A DNA stretch of 57,450 nt. Origin: Peribolospora baueri. Its lineage: Eukaryota. A model generated the notes under the pieces. The model saw only the letters and a list, made by a program, of their open reading frames with translations, did no database searches and had not been told where the DNA came from. The position numbers and the translations under genes are program-made. The stretch's first letter is position 1. Each line of letters opens with the position of its first letter. Shown in pieces: positions 1-12,039 of the stretch. The stretch covers positions 1 to 57,450 of the forward strand of contig JAMDHS010000115.1 in NCBI GenBank assembly GCA_029717555.1, given 5' to 3'.

Positions 1-68
1 TTTTTTTTTACAATCGCTCGCTCTCTCATTTCGAGGTGACTGATCGTTATCCGACGTTCATCGCAAAG

Positions 69-370
69 CCGCTGCCCGAGGCCTTGACGTCAAGCCGTAC
101 TCGTTGGGTCTTGACACAGGCTGCGTGTATGGGCGCGAGCTCACCGCTCTTATAATAGAGGGCGGGAAAGGATCAGTCAAGGATGCCGCCGGCTCGGACG
201 GCATCGCCTGGGTAGACGACGATGCCACGGACTACGGCGCAAAGACGACGGGCCCCTTTTCGGACGCATCGGCGGAGGCCGAGGTGGCGAAGACGCATTT
301 CCGACGCAGGAAGGTCGACGTGGCTGGGATGAGGGCCAATTTGGTCAGCGCTCAGTGTCGAGGAGCGTAG
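69..370 (+). CDS. Last exon of a calcineurin-like metallophosphoesterase (Ppn2/ApaH-like); 5' part lies outside the window
   Basis: In frame: (A)AARGLDVKPYSLGLDTGCVYGRELTAL. The GLDTGCVYG motif is typical of ApaH/Ppn2-type phosphoesterases. Probable AAG acceptor at 66-68; stop at 368-370. Confidence 0.7.
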
Positions 371-843
371 ACTAGATCTAGATCGTAGACGGACTCTCTC
401 GTGGCAGACGACCACACTCTCTTGTCTCGGCTGAATGCATATATGCAGTACGTTCTTCCTCTCATCCCTCTTATCCGGCCCGTCCGCGTGACGGCCTAGT
501 TAGGAGAAGGCAGGTGAGTTCTGTCAGTTGCCTGCAGTGTCTTTTCTTGTCATTCACACGCCCGTCTCCTTTTGTCATGATGTGAAGACGACGGTACCCC
601 CCTCTCTTTTTTTTTCGCCATTGCTTTCTCAGAGACTCACGTATCGCTTTCTATCAACTAATTACACTTTCCCCGTCTCCCATTCGATCCTCTCTCTGTA
701 TAATATATACTATAGCGCCTCGTCATGGTCCGATGTCGAAGCAATCTCGGCTGCCAGAAGGGTTCGTGGCGCGTGTTTTTATTTGTCTATATCAATACAT
801 CTATCTATATATGCGCAGCAAAGGCGTTCTTCCATGTACGGTG

Positions 844-3356
844 TCAAGGTCTTTGAACGCTAGGGCTCTCCATGACTGACGGGGCTGTAGCGGACGACGT
901 GGGGCAGCTCACACGCTCGAGTCTCGATATCAAGGTCCTACAGCATGGTCCCACATGACACGAACTGGAGAGAAGACGTAGAAAGGATACAGGAGGAAAA
1001 CGCGACTTGGGAGAAGACATGAATGCGTCCTTCACTACGCGGAGCAACTGTGGACGGGCTTGGTCTCAGCGCGCGCGACGTGCCTTCTGCAGTTCTATCT
1101 GGAGGAACGACTTGACAGAATCGACCACCTTCTCCGCGAGCGCCCGCCGCACGGTGAGCTCTCCTCCCTCGTCGTTGAGATCGTCTTCCCGACGACGGGG
1201 CCGAGGCGGGGCGCGAGATGACCTGCGTCGTCGCCTGTGGGACGCACCATCCGGAGGTGATCTCAGCGGCCGCAAGGCGCGGTGGTAATCGGCGCTCGCT
1301 TCGGTGCGGACGGCCTTGCTGGCGGAACCGGTGCGCAGAGCCCCCGCTTGGAGTTGTGGCGTCTGCCTGGGACAATTGCTGGGGAGGGTGGAGACAGAGT
1401 TTTGAACATCGTTTAAGAAACGAACGCATGGCTTTCCCGAGGTAACCGGTCTTGCGGCGGATGCCTCCTGGGAGGGCGACAGCGCATCGATGCCGTCGCC
1501 TTCAGGGCCACCTTCGTCTCTGCGCTGTCCATCTCGACTTGGGCTGGTGGTATGAACAGCCTCCACGAAGACCAGGGGTGGCTTGAAGGACGTTTTGGAG
1601 GTTGTCGGGGACGAGCGCCTCGGTCCAGGGGACGTTCGGCTGCCGCCCAGTCCCAACCTGGGACGACCTCGAAATTGACCGATGCCCACGCCAGGAGAGC
1701 TTCCTTCACCTGGCCGCTTTTTGACGTCTTTGGACAAACGCAGGGGTGGCCTGGTCGGCGACTCGAGAGGTATCTTGGCCGAGCCGGAAGTTCCACTGAA
1801 GGCGATGTCGTCCCCATAGAGCTCCAAGCCGGCACCGCGTGAACTGCCTCGGGAGGCGGAGAAGGCTCGCCCTCTGCCGTCTGGAGAAAGAATTTCCTGC
1901 GGTGTCCAGTCCTGGAGGTGCTTGTGCTTCTTGAATGCGTTCACCCAACGCGCAGGAGTGGGAGAGAGAACGGCGAAGGACGTGTCCTCGAAGTTGTGCA
2001 GAAAAGGCGTGGGGTGATTGAGCGGATGTGCCGTCAAGCGCATCGACGAATTGCGCCTGACTCTGCCAATGCGATGGCGTTGTTTGGCAGCGTTAGGGTC
2101 GTCGCAGTCGTCGTCCTCGCCGAGTTCGTCAGTGCGGACAAGCTTGAGATGGCGTTTCGTAGACGGCCTTGATGCCAGATTAGACTTCGAAGTAGCACAC
2201 GGTTTATGACCACTAGCTGAGGAAACGAGGTAATTCAAAGAAAAGACGTCGTTCAATGTCGCTCGCGCGCATATATGCGCACTCTCGAACGAGTGCAAGC
2301 ATTCTCACTGCAGCGATCCTCATCGCTTCCTTCCACGTCCGAGTCCAAGGCGATCCTGACTCTCTTCACCGATTTGGATGTCGCTCCGGCAGCCCGCGCC
2401 CTCTTGCGCCTCTTGCCATAGGTAACCTTGGCGGGCCTCTGCGTGAAGTGGCGAAGGAAGTCGTCCACCGTCTGGAAGGGGTCGATGGTCGGCGCGCTCA
2501 ACTGCTCGAAGCTCGAACTGGTGGCGAACGGCGAGAGAGAAGAGCCGGCATGGACCAGTGTGCTGTTATCGTGGGCCCTCGCACCTGCCCCGGTGACAGG
2601 CCTATGGGAAGTGGAAGAAAGGGAGATTACGCTAGGAGGCGATATGGACGATAATGTGAGCGGGCCACCGACGGTCTGGGCTTGAACGACCTGCAATGAC
2701 AAGGGAGCGAGACTGCCGAGCTCCTGATTTGACGCCGACGAACGAAAAGGTCGGCCTGAGGAAGAGATCGCGGAAGATGTCTTGTCGGTGTAAGAGGTTG
2801 GGGCCGGAGAGTCTCCTGCCCGTCGGCCGTACAATCGAAGGCGGCGCCTCGAGGAGATGCGATCGCCGTACTGGGGCGGAAAACAAAGTGAGAAGGAAAG
2901 CTCGCAGCAGTTCCAGCAAGTGCTCGAGAGAGTGTGGGTGGGCGCCAGACGAAGGGCTGGTGCATAAGAGGTGCGTCTGTGCGAAGCAGCGTCTGACCCA
3001 CAGTATGCACTGTATCGCCCGTCATTCGTGCCAGCGTCGTGAACGCCGTCGGTGGGTGATGCGATGCTGTCGGAGGGAGCGGGAGAATGGGAGGGAGGAG
3101 TCGGGGCAGGAGAAAAAGAGACGAGGAGACAGCCTGAAGGGCTTGATGAGTGGAGGTTGGGAAGAAGGCCTGCCCATGCGAGCCAGGCCGTATGCGGGGT
3201 GCATCGAGGAGATGACAACTGAAGACGCCTCGACACCAACGGCCACAGCCAACTATAGCGGGCAGACCAGGTCTTCCACGGCGCAAAGGGACACCTGCCT
3301 GCTCTCATTGTATATACTCCAACGTTGTTCTGAAAAGAGAACCACAGTCTCTCCAT
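844..3356 (-). CDS. Hypothetical low-complexity Ser/Arg/Pro-rich protein, probably spliced; both ends uncertain
   Basis: Long ORFs 2253..3656 and 1066..2298 can be joined in frame by an intron 2282..2185 (GTGCGC...AAG). Basic KVTYGKRRKRAR patch. Possible short terminal exon 844..1047. No recognisable domain. Confidence 0.4.
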
Positions 3357-3744
3357 GGTGCACTGCGACGAAGAGCCAGCTGACCGGTACCCACCGCCGT
3401 GTTTCCTGTACCTGACTGGACCTTTTCCGGAGCATCGACGGGGGCAGAGTCGGCCGAGCAAAGATGGAATGTATGCAGAGGATGGCAAAGGATCGCAGAT
3501 GTGTCCCTCCTCGCGCCCGAGAGGAATGGGGGGCGACTCGGACTCAAATCGGACGCGATCGATCGGGAGGCGCGTCGCGTAGATTGCCACAGGCGAACGA
3601 CGATTCACTCGGACTCGCACTCGCAGTCGCACTCGCGAAGAGACCGTGACCACCATCTACGGAAGGCAGCGACGCAGCCAACTTTCGTTTGAGACGCCCC
3701 GTGAGACCGTAAGGCGGGTCAGATTAAACGGGACCCCGTTCACC

Positions 3745-6700
3745 ATGCCCCCGTCTTCCGAGCCTGACGCCTCGGACGGCCCCATGGCGGACTACCTCGT
3801 GTCCCTCAATGCCGCCCAGCGCATCGCCGCCACCCACTCGCCCTCCCGCGGCTGCCTCCAGATCCTAGCCGGCCCCGGATCGGGCAAAACGAGGGTGCTC
3901 ACATGTAGGGTTGCTTGGCTTGTCAAGGCCTGTGGCATCCGTCCGGAGGATTTGGTCGTGGTCACCTTCACCAACAAGTGAGTTCCTCGCCGGCGAGAGC
4001 TGGATTGAAAGCGACACAGTCATAGACGATGGAACGGAGGGTGTCAATAAGAGCCACAGCGACTTCGGCCCATGCACAACCGACAGGCATTGTTTCGCAC
4101 CAATATTGACCGGCAATTTAACGAACGTCTGTTCTCGAATCGTCTGCAGAGCTGCGAATGAGATGAAGGATCGCCTCAGAAAGCTTCTGGGCAAGAACCA
4201 CGAGCGCATCATTCTTGGTGAGCAAAGTCGGAAATGGCGGCCGCACACGTGTGTGCTTAATGTTCTCATTCGCCGTCTCTTTTCATGCCCCTCACGTCCA
4301 GGTACATTCCACGCCACCTGCGCTCGCTATCTTCGAAAATACGGTCAGCTCATCGATCTGCCCAACAACTTCAGCATTTGCGATGCCACTGATACGTCCG
4401 TCTACCTACCGCTCTTATCGTGAACTCCCATCAGTTTTGCTTACGTTCTCTTTCTCTTGTACTTCCAGGAAATCGATGATGAAAAATCTGCTCAAGCAAC
4501 ACGCCAATTATCTCAAGGAACGCAATCTCAGCCTCAAAGCGGAAGCTGTCTTGTCAGACATCTCGAAAGCCAAGGCGAAACAAGTTAGTCCCGAGGCCTT
4601 CGTGCGTGAGGTGGAGCAGAAGGAGGCGCACAAAGGCTACGGATGGAAGGACGACGTTGGGAGGGCGATTGCGATGCTGTACGAGAACTATCAGGCGAGT
4701 CACAGTATACGGACGCATGCACGGCTCTCTGCTGCTCGTTTTAGCCTAACAATAGGAATCTTACCCATCTTTCTTTATGTGTGCCACCAGGCTGAGCTCA
4801 AGGACAATAACTCGCTAGATTTTGATGACCTCCTTTTATATGGCGTCAGACTACTCCGTCGGGCACCTCAGCTCGTCAGCAACGTGCAACACGGTAAGCC
4901 TCGTTTGTGGTCGTACAGCCATATCGGACATTAAGAGACGAGACGCTCACCGGTTTGCTTATCGACATCCGGTCTGTAGTCCTCGTCGACGAGTTCCAGG
5001 TGCATTCATCTCGTCTTCGACGCTCTACTTTCTCAGCCATTCGTAACTTAACTGCTCATTTCACGTTCTCAGGATACCAACCTCGTGCAATTCGACCTCA
5101 TGCAGCTTTTTGCGCAAGCAAACAATTACATCACCATTGTGGGTGATCCGGACCAATCAGTGAGTCGGTACCGTCATCTTGCGACCGTGGAGAGCTGGAG
5201 GCATTTGACAGGTCTCCTCAACCTTGTCACTTTAGATATATGGCTGGCGCGCTGCAGAGGTCGAGAACCTGGCAAGAATGAAGAAAGGTGGGCGCCGCTC
5301 GTCTCGTAGGACCTTCGCTGGTGCACCCCCCATCTGATCTCGTAAACACAAATTGCAGCTTACAAGAACACGAAGGAAGTTCACTTGGAGCAAAACTATC
5401 GATCCACCGGCCAGATATTGAAAGCGGCCCTGGCCGTCGTCTCCCAAGGTCAGTGACAAATTCATTTTACTCACCTTCCGTTTTCGTTTTGAGAGAACTA
5501 CCTCTTGACGACGCCTCATGCGCCATTCTTCCTGTCACCAGACGACACCCGCATCGACAAATCGCTATACACGTCCCATCCTTCCGGTTCTCCTGTCTTC
5601 TTCCGCGGCTTCCCCTCCCCGCAGACCGAGGCATCCTTCGTCGCAACGGAGGTCAAGCGGCTGGTAGCGCACACCGGTGGCATGTTGGGATATAACGATT
5701 TCGCCATTCTCTTGAGATTCAATGCCCTGTCTCGGGCGGTGGAAAGCGCGCTGCAGATGGAGGGCATCGGAAGCAGGATGATGGGCGGTCACAAGTTCTT
5801 TGAACGGATGGAGTAAGTCGCCGTCCCCGTGCGCATGGGGTCTGGTCGCTCGGTTGGCCGTTTCTAAACTGTCTCTGAGCACTTCGTCTCCCCTACCGCC
5901 GTCCAGAGTGAAGGATATCCTAGCATATCTTTGCCTCGCTGACAGTGAGCACGACCTTGTCCTTGATTTCGTGTCAATCCGTTTGAGACGCTTACGCGCG
6001 AACTCGACCTTTCCAGACCCAGGTTTCACCCCTGCCTTCCTCCGAGTAGTCAATGTGCCAAAGCGACAAATCGGTGAAAAGTCGGTCAGCGAGCTCATTG
6101 CTAAAGCGCAGGAGATGGACGTACCGCCCATGGTCTTGGCCGAGCGCATTTCGGAGGGCAGGATGGGCTTGCACGGCGCCAAGCCGGCGCTAAGGAATAA
6201 TTTGAAGCAGTTCGTCGATGCGGTGGTGAAGGTTCGCGAGGAGGCGAAGAAGGTGGGCGGAACGGGCCTGTAGTCCTCCGCTTCCGCTCGACGTTCCACT
6301 CAACTTCGTCTGTCGCATTCGTCGCAGGGCCGCCCTGTCTCCGAGCTCATCGAGATGCTCGTCAGCCTCATCAAGTACGAAGAGTACCTGCGCAAGGAGC
6401 CGGATTTTGACTCTCGCTGGGAGAACGTCAAGGAGCTGATATCCTACTCAAGGCTGGTCAGCGCGGGGTCGGAAGGCCAGGTCGAGTTGCCGGACGTCGA
6501 GGAGCCGCTGTCCGCGTTCGCGAGCGGTATACTCGATGGACCGGTGAAGGTCGATCAGAGCGATGGGTTCGTTCGAGCCTCTCCAGGAGTTAATCGCGGT
6601 GCCTTTGGTGACATCAAAAAGGAGGATGATGGCGAGGGTAGGAAGGTCACATCTCAGGGCGGCACCATCGCTGAGGACTTCGTGGAAGGCCCCGAGGACC

Positions 6701-8567
6701 AGAACGGAGACGCAAAAGAAGACAGCGCAAGTTCATCCGCCCAAGCTCTTGCCGGGTGCGTGTTCTATAGCTGCCCCGGCCTTGGCAGCGCGAAGTCTGT
6801 TACGAGAACGGATGGGCCGACGTTTCCATGCATTTCTTCCCATCATCGAAAGGACACCGTTGCGAATCTTTCTACAGGCCTCGATGTTGTCGACGGACGC
6901 CGAAGCGAATGATGAAGCTGGCAAGGGAGACCAGGTGAGATACGGCCCTCTAAGTCTGCGCGCCCCCGGCCACGTTGTCGGGAGGGGAAAGGGGGGCCGA
7001 GGCGGGAGAGAGAAGCTCAGTCTCTGATCTTGTTTCCGTTGCAACTGCTCGCATTTATCTGGACCATCTCGCTCACTCATGCGAACCCTCTGTTGCGTAC
7101 CTCCCTTTCGACAGCAAAAGGTGACCATCTCAACGTGCCACGCCGCAAAAGGGCTCGAGTGGCCAGTGGTCTTCGTCATCGGAGGTACATCCTCTCCCAT
7201 TCTGCCTTCTTGCGTCGGAAGTTCCGCTCAACTTCCGTGTCGCTCTTCGCTTTCGATTGCGCAGTGGAGGACGAGATTTTCCCTTTCTACAAATGCACAG
7301 CGCCGCATGAGATAAGAGAGGAGAGGTACGCAAGACGCACCGCGTCCGGACCCTCGTCAATCCGGCACATTACAAAGCTGACGTGGACTCGACGGGCCCG
7401 TTGCAGACGCTTGCTCTACGTTGCCATGACCAGAGCGGCCACCTTTTTAAACCTTACATACTGCGCAACCCGCCTGGTTGGCGGTGAGTTCTCCTCTCTG
7501 CCTCTCGAGATCTAGTGACATGTCTGATGGCTGGATCACTCCTCAGGTGAGGAACGCAACCGCACGAGCTCTCGTTTCATCAGCGGCCTTAACGGAACCA
7601 GGAACAAGCCACTGGGTGTCATTCGGGAGCGGCCAGAACTGTCTTCGGGGCTGCGCTCTGACGTCGCACAAATTCTCGGGCGTCAGAAACCTAAGGAAGC
7701 GGTCACTGAGCAAGTCATCGCCGAGTTGTGGGTAACCAAGGCGCTTGCAAAGGCAAGGGGGCGGGGTAAGAAACTTACAGTTTCGATATCCTTCATTCTG
7801 GCTTTTCGTTTTCGACGAGCAGTGCAAGGTCGAAGACGGGTGTGGATGTCGCTAGTGGGTTCCAGTACTCGCTTGGTCAGTCTTCAGCATCATGGCGAGG
7901 TGGTCTATCCGGCCCGTACGGCCAGTACGGGCAATCCCGCTCGTACTCTTCCTCCGGTCCGGTCTGCACATCGCATCAGTCGTCCGTCAACCTATTCGCG
8001 GCCTCCGCTTTGCCGAGCATAGCAGGAGAGGGTGCAGGGATTAGCGCGACAGACTTGCCTGGCTTCACGGCTGCACGCCATGCGCATCTCAACGGGACTT
8101 TGACCACTCGCGCTCGCTCTAATCCCGCATCGAGTGGAGGCGCGAGGATCGCTGGCTTCCACTCCGCTCTGAATGATACGAGAAGCCTTCCACCACCGCC
8201 TTCGTCGGTCGTCTCTCGGGCGCCCGTGCTGCCGGTTAAGGCGGCGCCGAGCTTCACTGACGAGTATCGCTTGAGCGCCAGCCTATCTTCAGGTGGAAGT
8301 TCGACGGCGCAGCCCGCCCCAAGGTCCGCGTTCGACTTCGGGCGCCCTTCTGACGACACGTCCGTGGCCGTGCTCAAAAGCTTTCTCCCCGCCGAGCCGA
8401 CGGCAACGGAAAGTGTCTCCGGTACTGCTGCTGCGTCGGACCCGGCCAAGAGCTTCAGTGCAAGAGACATCAGCTCTGGGAGTGCGAGGCGGCGCTTGGG
8501 AATGGGCAGGGCACGACCCAAGGCAGGAGACGCTGAGGGCGGTCGGAAGAAGGCCCGTCCCAGGTAG
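3745..8567 (+). CDS. SRS2: UvrD/Rep-family (SF1A) ATP-dependent DNA helicase, Srs2-like, many exons
   Basis: Motifs across exons: LNAAQ, AGPGSGKTRVLT (Walker A), VVTFTNKAANEM, GTFHA, DFDDLL, LVDEFQDTN (Walker B), VGDPDQSIYGWR, LEQNYRST, ISTCHAAKGLEWPVVF, EERRLLYVAMTRA. ATG at 3745; low-complexity tail to stop at 8567. Confidence 0.93.
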
Positions 8568-9092
8568 GCGTTCCAACCCATCGCACTTGTTCCTGTGTCT
8601 CCTCCGTTTTCTGGCTGGCGCCATGTCGCTGGCGTCGATCGCGATTCGCTCTCTTTTCGAGCGTGTCCTTTAGCACCACATGTATCACCACCAGATAAGA
8701 GTCGATACCCTGTCTAATGAATGGACTTTACCAGCAGGTCAGACCGCCTTTCGACCTCAACCGCCGTCGGTCGCACACATATGTCCGTCCAATAAATACC
8801 GAGTGACCGGTTGCCACCCGCGGCTGCTTCGGGCGAACGTTGTTCACGTTTGAACCTCATCGTCTCTCGTCTCCGCTCCAAGCCAGAATCCGCCGTTGCG
8901 GGGTCGGCCCTTCGGCGTTTGGCGGCTCTACCGGACCGAAGGTTGCTCGTGTGGCATGTCGCGCTGGCCAGCTGAGAAGAACGGCCAGTTTACTTCCACG
9001 TCAGCGATCTTCTTCCTCAAACACGGCCATCACCTCTCCCTCGCGCCCTTCTACCACCTCTCCCCTCTCCTTCCCGCGTTCTCACGCCGACC

Positions 9093-10389
9093 ATGCACCT
9101 CCGCGCCTTTCTCATCGCCCTCCTCGGCGTCGGAGCGGCTGCTGCGTCGGCCAGCGCGGCGGCGACCGAGGATAAGCCAGCTCTTGAGGTCGAGGGATCG
9201 TTTGGAAACGATAACCCGTTCGGATGTGAGTGAGCGTCGTGGACTCGTCTCTTCCGTGTTCTGTCGCCCATTTGATTTCACGCCTTGCGTCCCCACTCCA
9301 TTTGGTACGCTCACCTGCTCAAACTCCGCGCGACCTCTCGCCGCCTCTTCTCGGCTTTCCTTCGCCCTTCCCAGTGGTCGTCAACGGCGCCTCCAACAAG
9401 ATCCACCTGGCGTTCCAGAACAACTCGCCTCAGAACCTCACCATCGCGTCCGTGCACGCGTCATTCACCGAGCCAGGTCACGGGCAGGAGAGTGCTGATG
9501 AGCTGGCCGCGAGGAGGATCATTCGAAACGTGAGTAATGCGTTGCGCATGGTGTCCATATGTTGTATGTTTGAGGGCGCTTGGAGCGAGATGTCGAAGCA
9601 CGCTGCTATTGGCGTCACGTCCAGCCTCAAACGCTGACCTTGCTTGGCATTCCATCCTCTCGCAGACCACGACGGTCCGATACAATTTCCCTGTTCCCAC
9701 CAAGCTCCCCGAGCCGGTCCGCATCCCCTATGCCTTCCACTCCGAGTTCAAGCCCCAGGAACTCGGACTGAACGTTTGGGTCTCCTACAGGGATCAGGTA
9801 AGTTCGCGCTCTTCCTCTCAGCTGTTCGAATTGATATGGACTGGGAAGGGGCTCACTGTCAAGTTTCCCTCATTCGTACGTTGTACATCGAATGACCGCA
9901 CAGGACAAGAAGCAATACTCTACGCTCGGCTACAGCGGCGTAGTCACCGTCGTCGAGCCTGAAGCTAGCTTCTTCGACCTGCAGCTGTGAGCATAAAATG
10001 AGGCTCCTCACACTTATTCGCCTAGCTTTGATTTGGCACGTCTGACACGTCGGCCTCTTCGTTGCAGAATCTTCCTCTACGCACTCCTCCTGTCTTTCCT
10101 TGGCGCGGGCTCCTACTTCACCTACAACTCCTACTTCCGCCCTTCCAAGCGGGCGGGCAAGCGCTCCGGTGCGACCTCCACCGCTTCCAAGCCCGTCCCG
10201 AGCAGGACGACGAGCGACGCGTCGGGCCTTCCCGCGGGCGTAAAGTACGAAGAGGAGTGGATTCCCGAGCACCACCTCAGGCAGCGCACCGGTCCGAAGT
10301 CTTCTGGCAGAAGGACTAAGAGCCCCGCTTCGAGCGGCCTTAGCTCCGGAGAGGAGGGCTCGGCGGGCAAGCGCAAGGGCCGGAAGTGA
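9093..10389 (+). CDS. Translocon-associated protein alpha (TRAP-alpha/Irc22-like), multi-exon
   Basis: Signal peptide MHLRAFLIALLGVGAAAASA, then DNPFG..VVNG..NKI, IPYAFHSEFKPQELGLNVWV, VTVVEPEASFFDLQLIFLY, a TM helix, and YEEEWIPEHHL. These match fungal TRAP-alpha as I recall the family. Confidence 0.8.
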
Positions 10390-11764
10390 GAGAATATGAC
10401 GTGGCAGACATTTCCTTATGGTGGCGGTGAAAGGGTGGGAGCAGGGGAGAAGCAGGCGAGCGTCTCCACTCGCATCCTGCGCTTTCATTCCCTTCATTCC
10501 GCGAGTCCAAGTACAAGGCTGTACATGTACATGTTACCTCCACATAGGCTCCTGGGCAAGCCCTCCTCTAAGGCGGACCCAAAGACCGTTTGTCCTGGAC
10601 CCGGCGACCTCTTGGATCTTCTTGAGGCGTTCGTAAGAAGGGCGCGGGCAAGCAAGCGGTCGAAAGGCGGAGTTTTAGTCATGGACGATGACGGATGGCG
10701 GAAGGCGAGCACATGTCGTCCTCGTACGAGATAGAAAGGAGGGGGTGTGATCGTCATGGAGGCGCAGAAACGGAGTGAAAACGAGGAGAGATCGGGGCGC
10801 TCATCGTGGGATTAGCTGGAATGTCACATTGAGAGAGACGCCGCGTCGGTGAAGGTCTCGTTATGAAGGTCGGGGATGTGCATAACCATCCTCGTGTGCG
10901 ACGCGATTCATAGCCCGACCAATACCGCCGCCATGTGCCGCGACCATGACTTGCCAGGTGGCCCGTGCGCAGGGCGGTCGCGTGGCGAGCGGCGCGGGTC
11001 GTCTGGACGACGGTGGAGACACGCCGGCGCGTTCGCTTCTAGGTCTTCTCTTCAGCCTTTGCCCTCCATCTTGCTCGTCCCGGATCCACTCAGCGGCACT
11101 TCGCATAGCAAGCACACTTCAGGAGCGCCTGCTCGATGACGTCAAATGCGTAAACACTTCCCACAATCGTCGGTCGCTCGTGTGCGTCGAGCAACCGCCG
11201 CTCCTCCCGACCGACGACATGTGGCTGAATGACTGAGTTGCTGATGATCGCCATCCTTTCTTCTCCCTTCCCCGACCAGGGACAATTGACCCAGTTCAAT
11301 CCCCTTCCTCCTATTCTCCGAGCGAGCGTACACGGCCTGCAGAGCCCTTCAGCCTGCCGAGACCGTCCGTCAGCCGTGCCGGCTGATCATCTCGGCAGGA
11401 AACGAGAACCAACCGGAGCTCATGCTGTCACCCAAGTCCTGCTGCTGACGATAAAAGTCCTCCCTCGACAGCCCTTACGTTTCCTCCCCTTCTGTCCCAG
11501 CCAAGCGCTGCCTTGCCTTCGACTTCGACGCCCCCAAGGCCCCACCATCCTTCTTGTCCCTTTTTCCTTCCCCATCCCTCTCAGCTCTGGCAGCACCTTT
11601 CGCTCCTTTTCTCACCCTCGTCAACGTTCGCGTGAGTTTGCGCGTCTGAGCGCTCCGACTCCTGCCAACTCGGATGCTTGTTCCTTGTTTGACTGATCCT
11701 CCCACGGGCCCCTGGTCATCTTTGCCACCGCCGCGTACACTTACGTCGACAGCGTCATAACTAG

Positions 11765-11830
11765 GCCCCTCTCCCCCTCCTCCCCCTCCTCCTCCTCCTC
11801 CTCCCCCTCCTCCTCCTCCTTCCCTCCCTT
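11765..11830. repeat. Polypyrimidine (CCT/CCCCT)n tract upstream of the 12040 gene
   Basis: ctccccctcctccccctcctcctcctcctcctccccctcctcctcctccttccctccctt, seen directly. Confidence 0.8.
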
Positions 11831-12039
11831 GAACGCCGGCCGCTCATCTTTTTTTCGCCCTCTCTTCGTCTCGGCTCTCCCTCTCCTCCGCCCTCCACCT
11901 TCACTTTGCGAAGCAAGCTCCGGTAGCTTAACGCCTTCCTTTCTCTTGACGATCAAACCGAGCCCGGCCCATCCGAGCTTTGTCACCTCCACGCTTGCTT
12001 AGCGTCTCTTAAATAAGTCAAACTCGAATCCGCACGAAG

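Noticed and set aside
1048..1083. Possible 36-nt GC-AG intron (AAG|GCACGT...CAG) in the minus-strand orphan
   Set aside because: It is very short for a fungal intron and has no homology support, so it is left unresolved.
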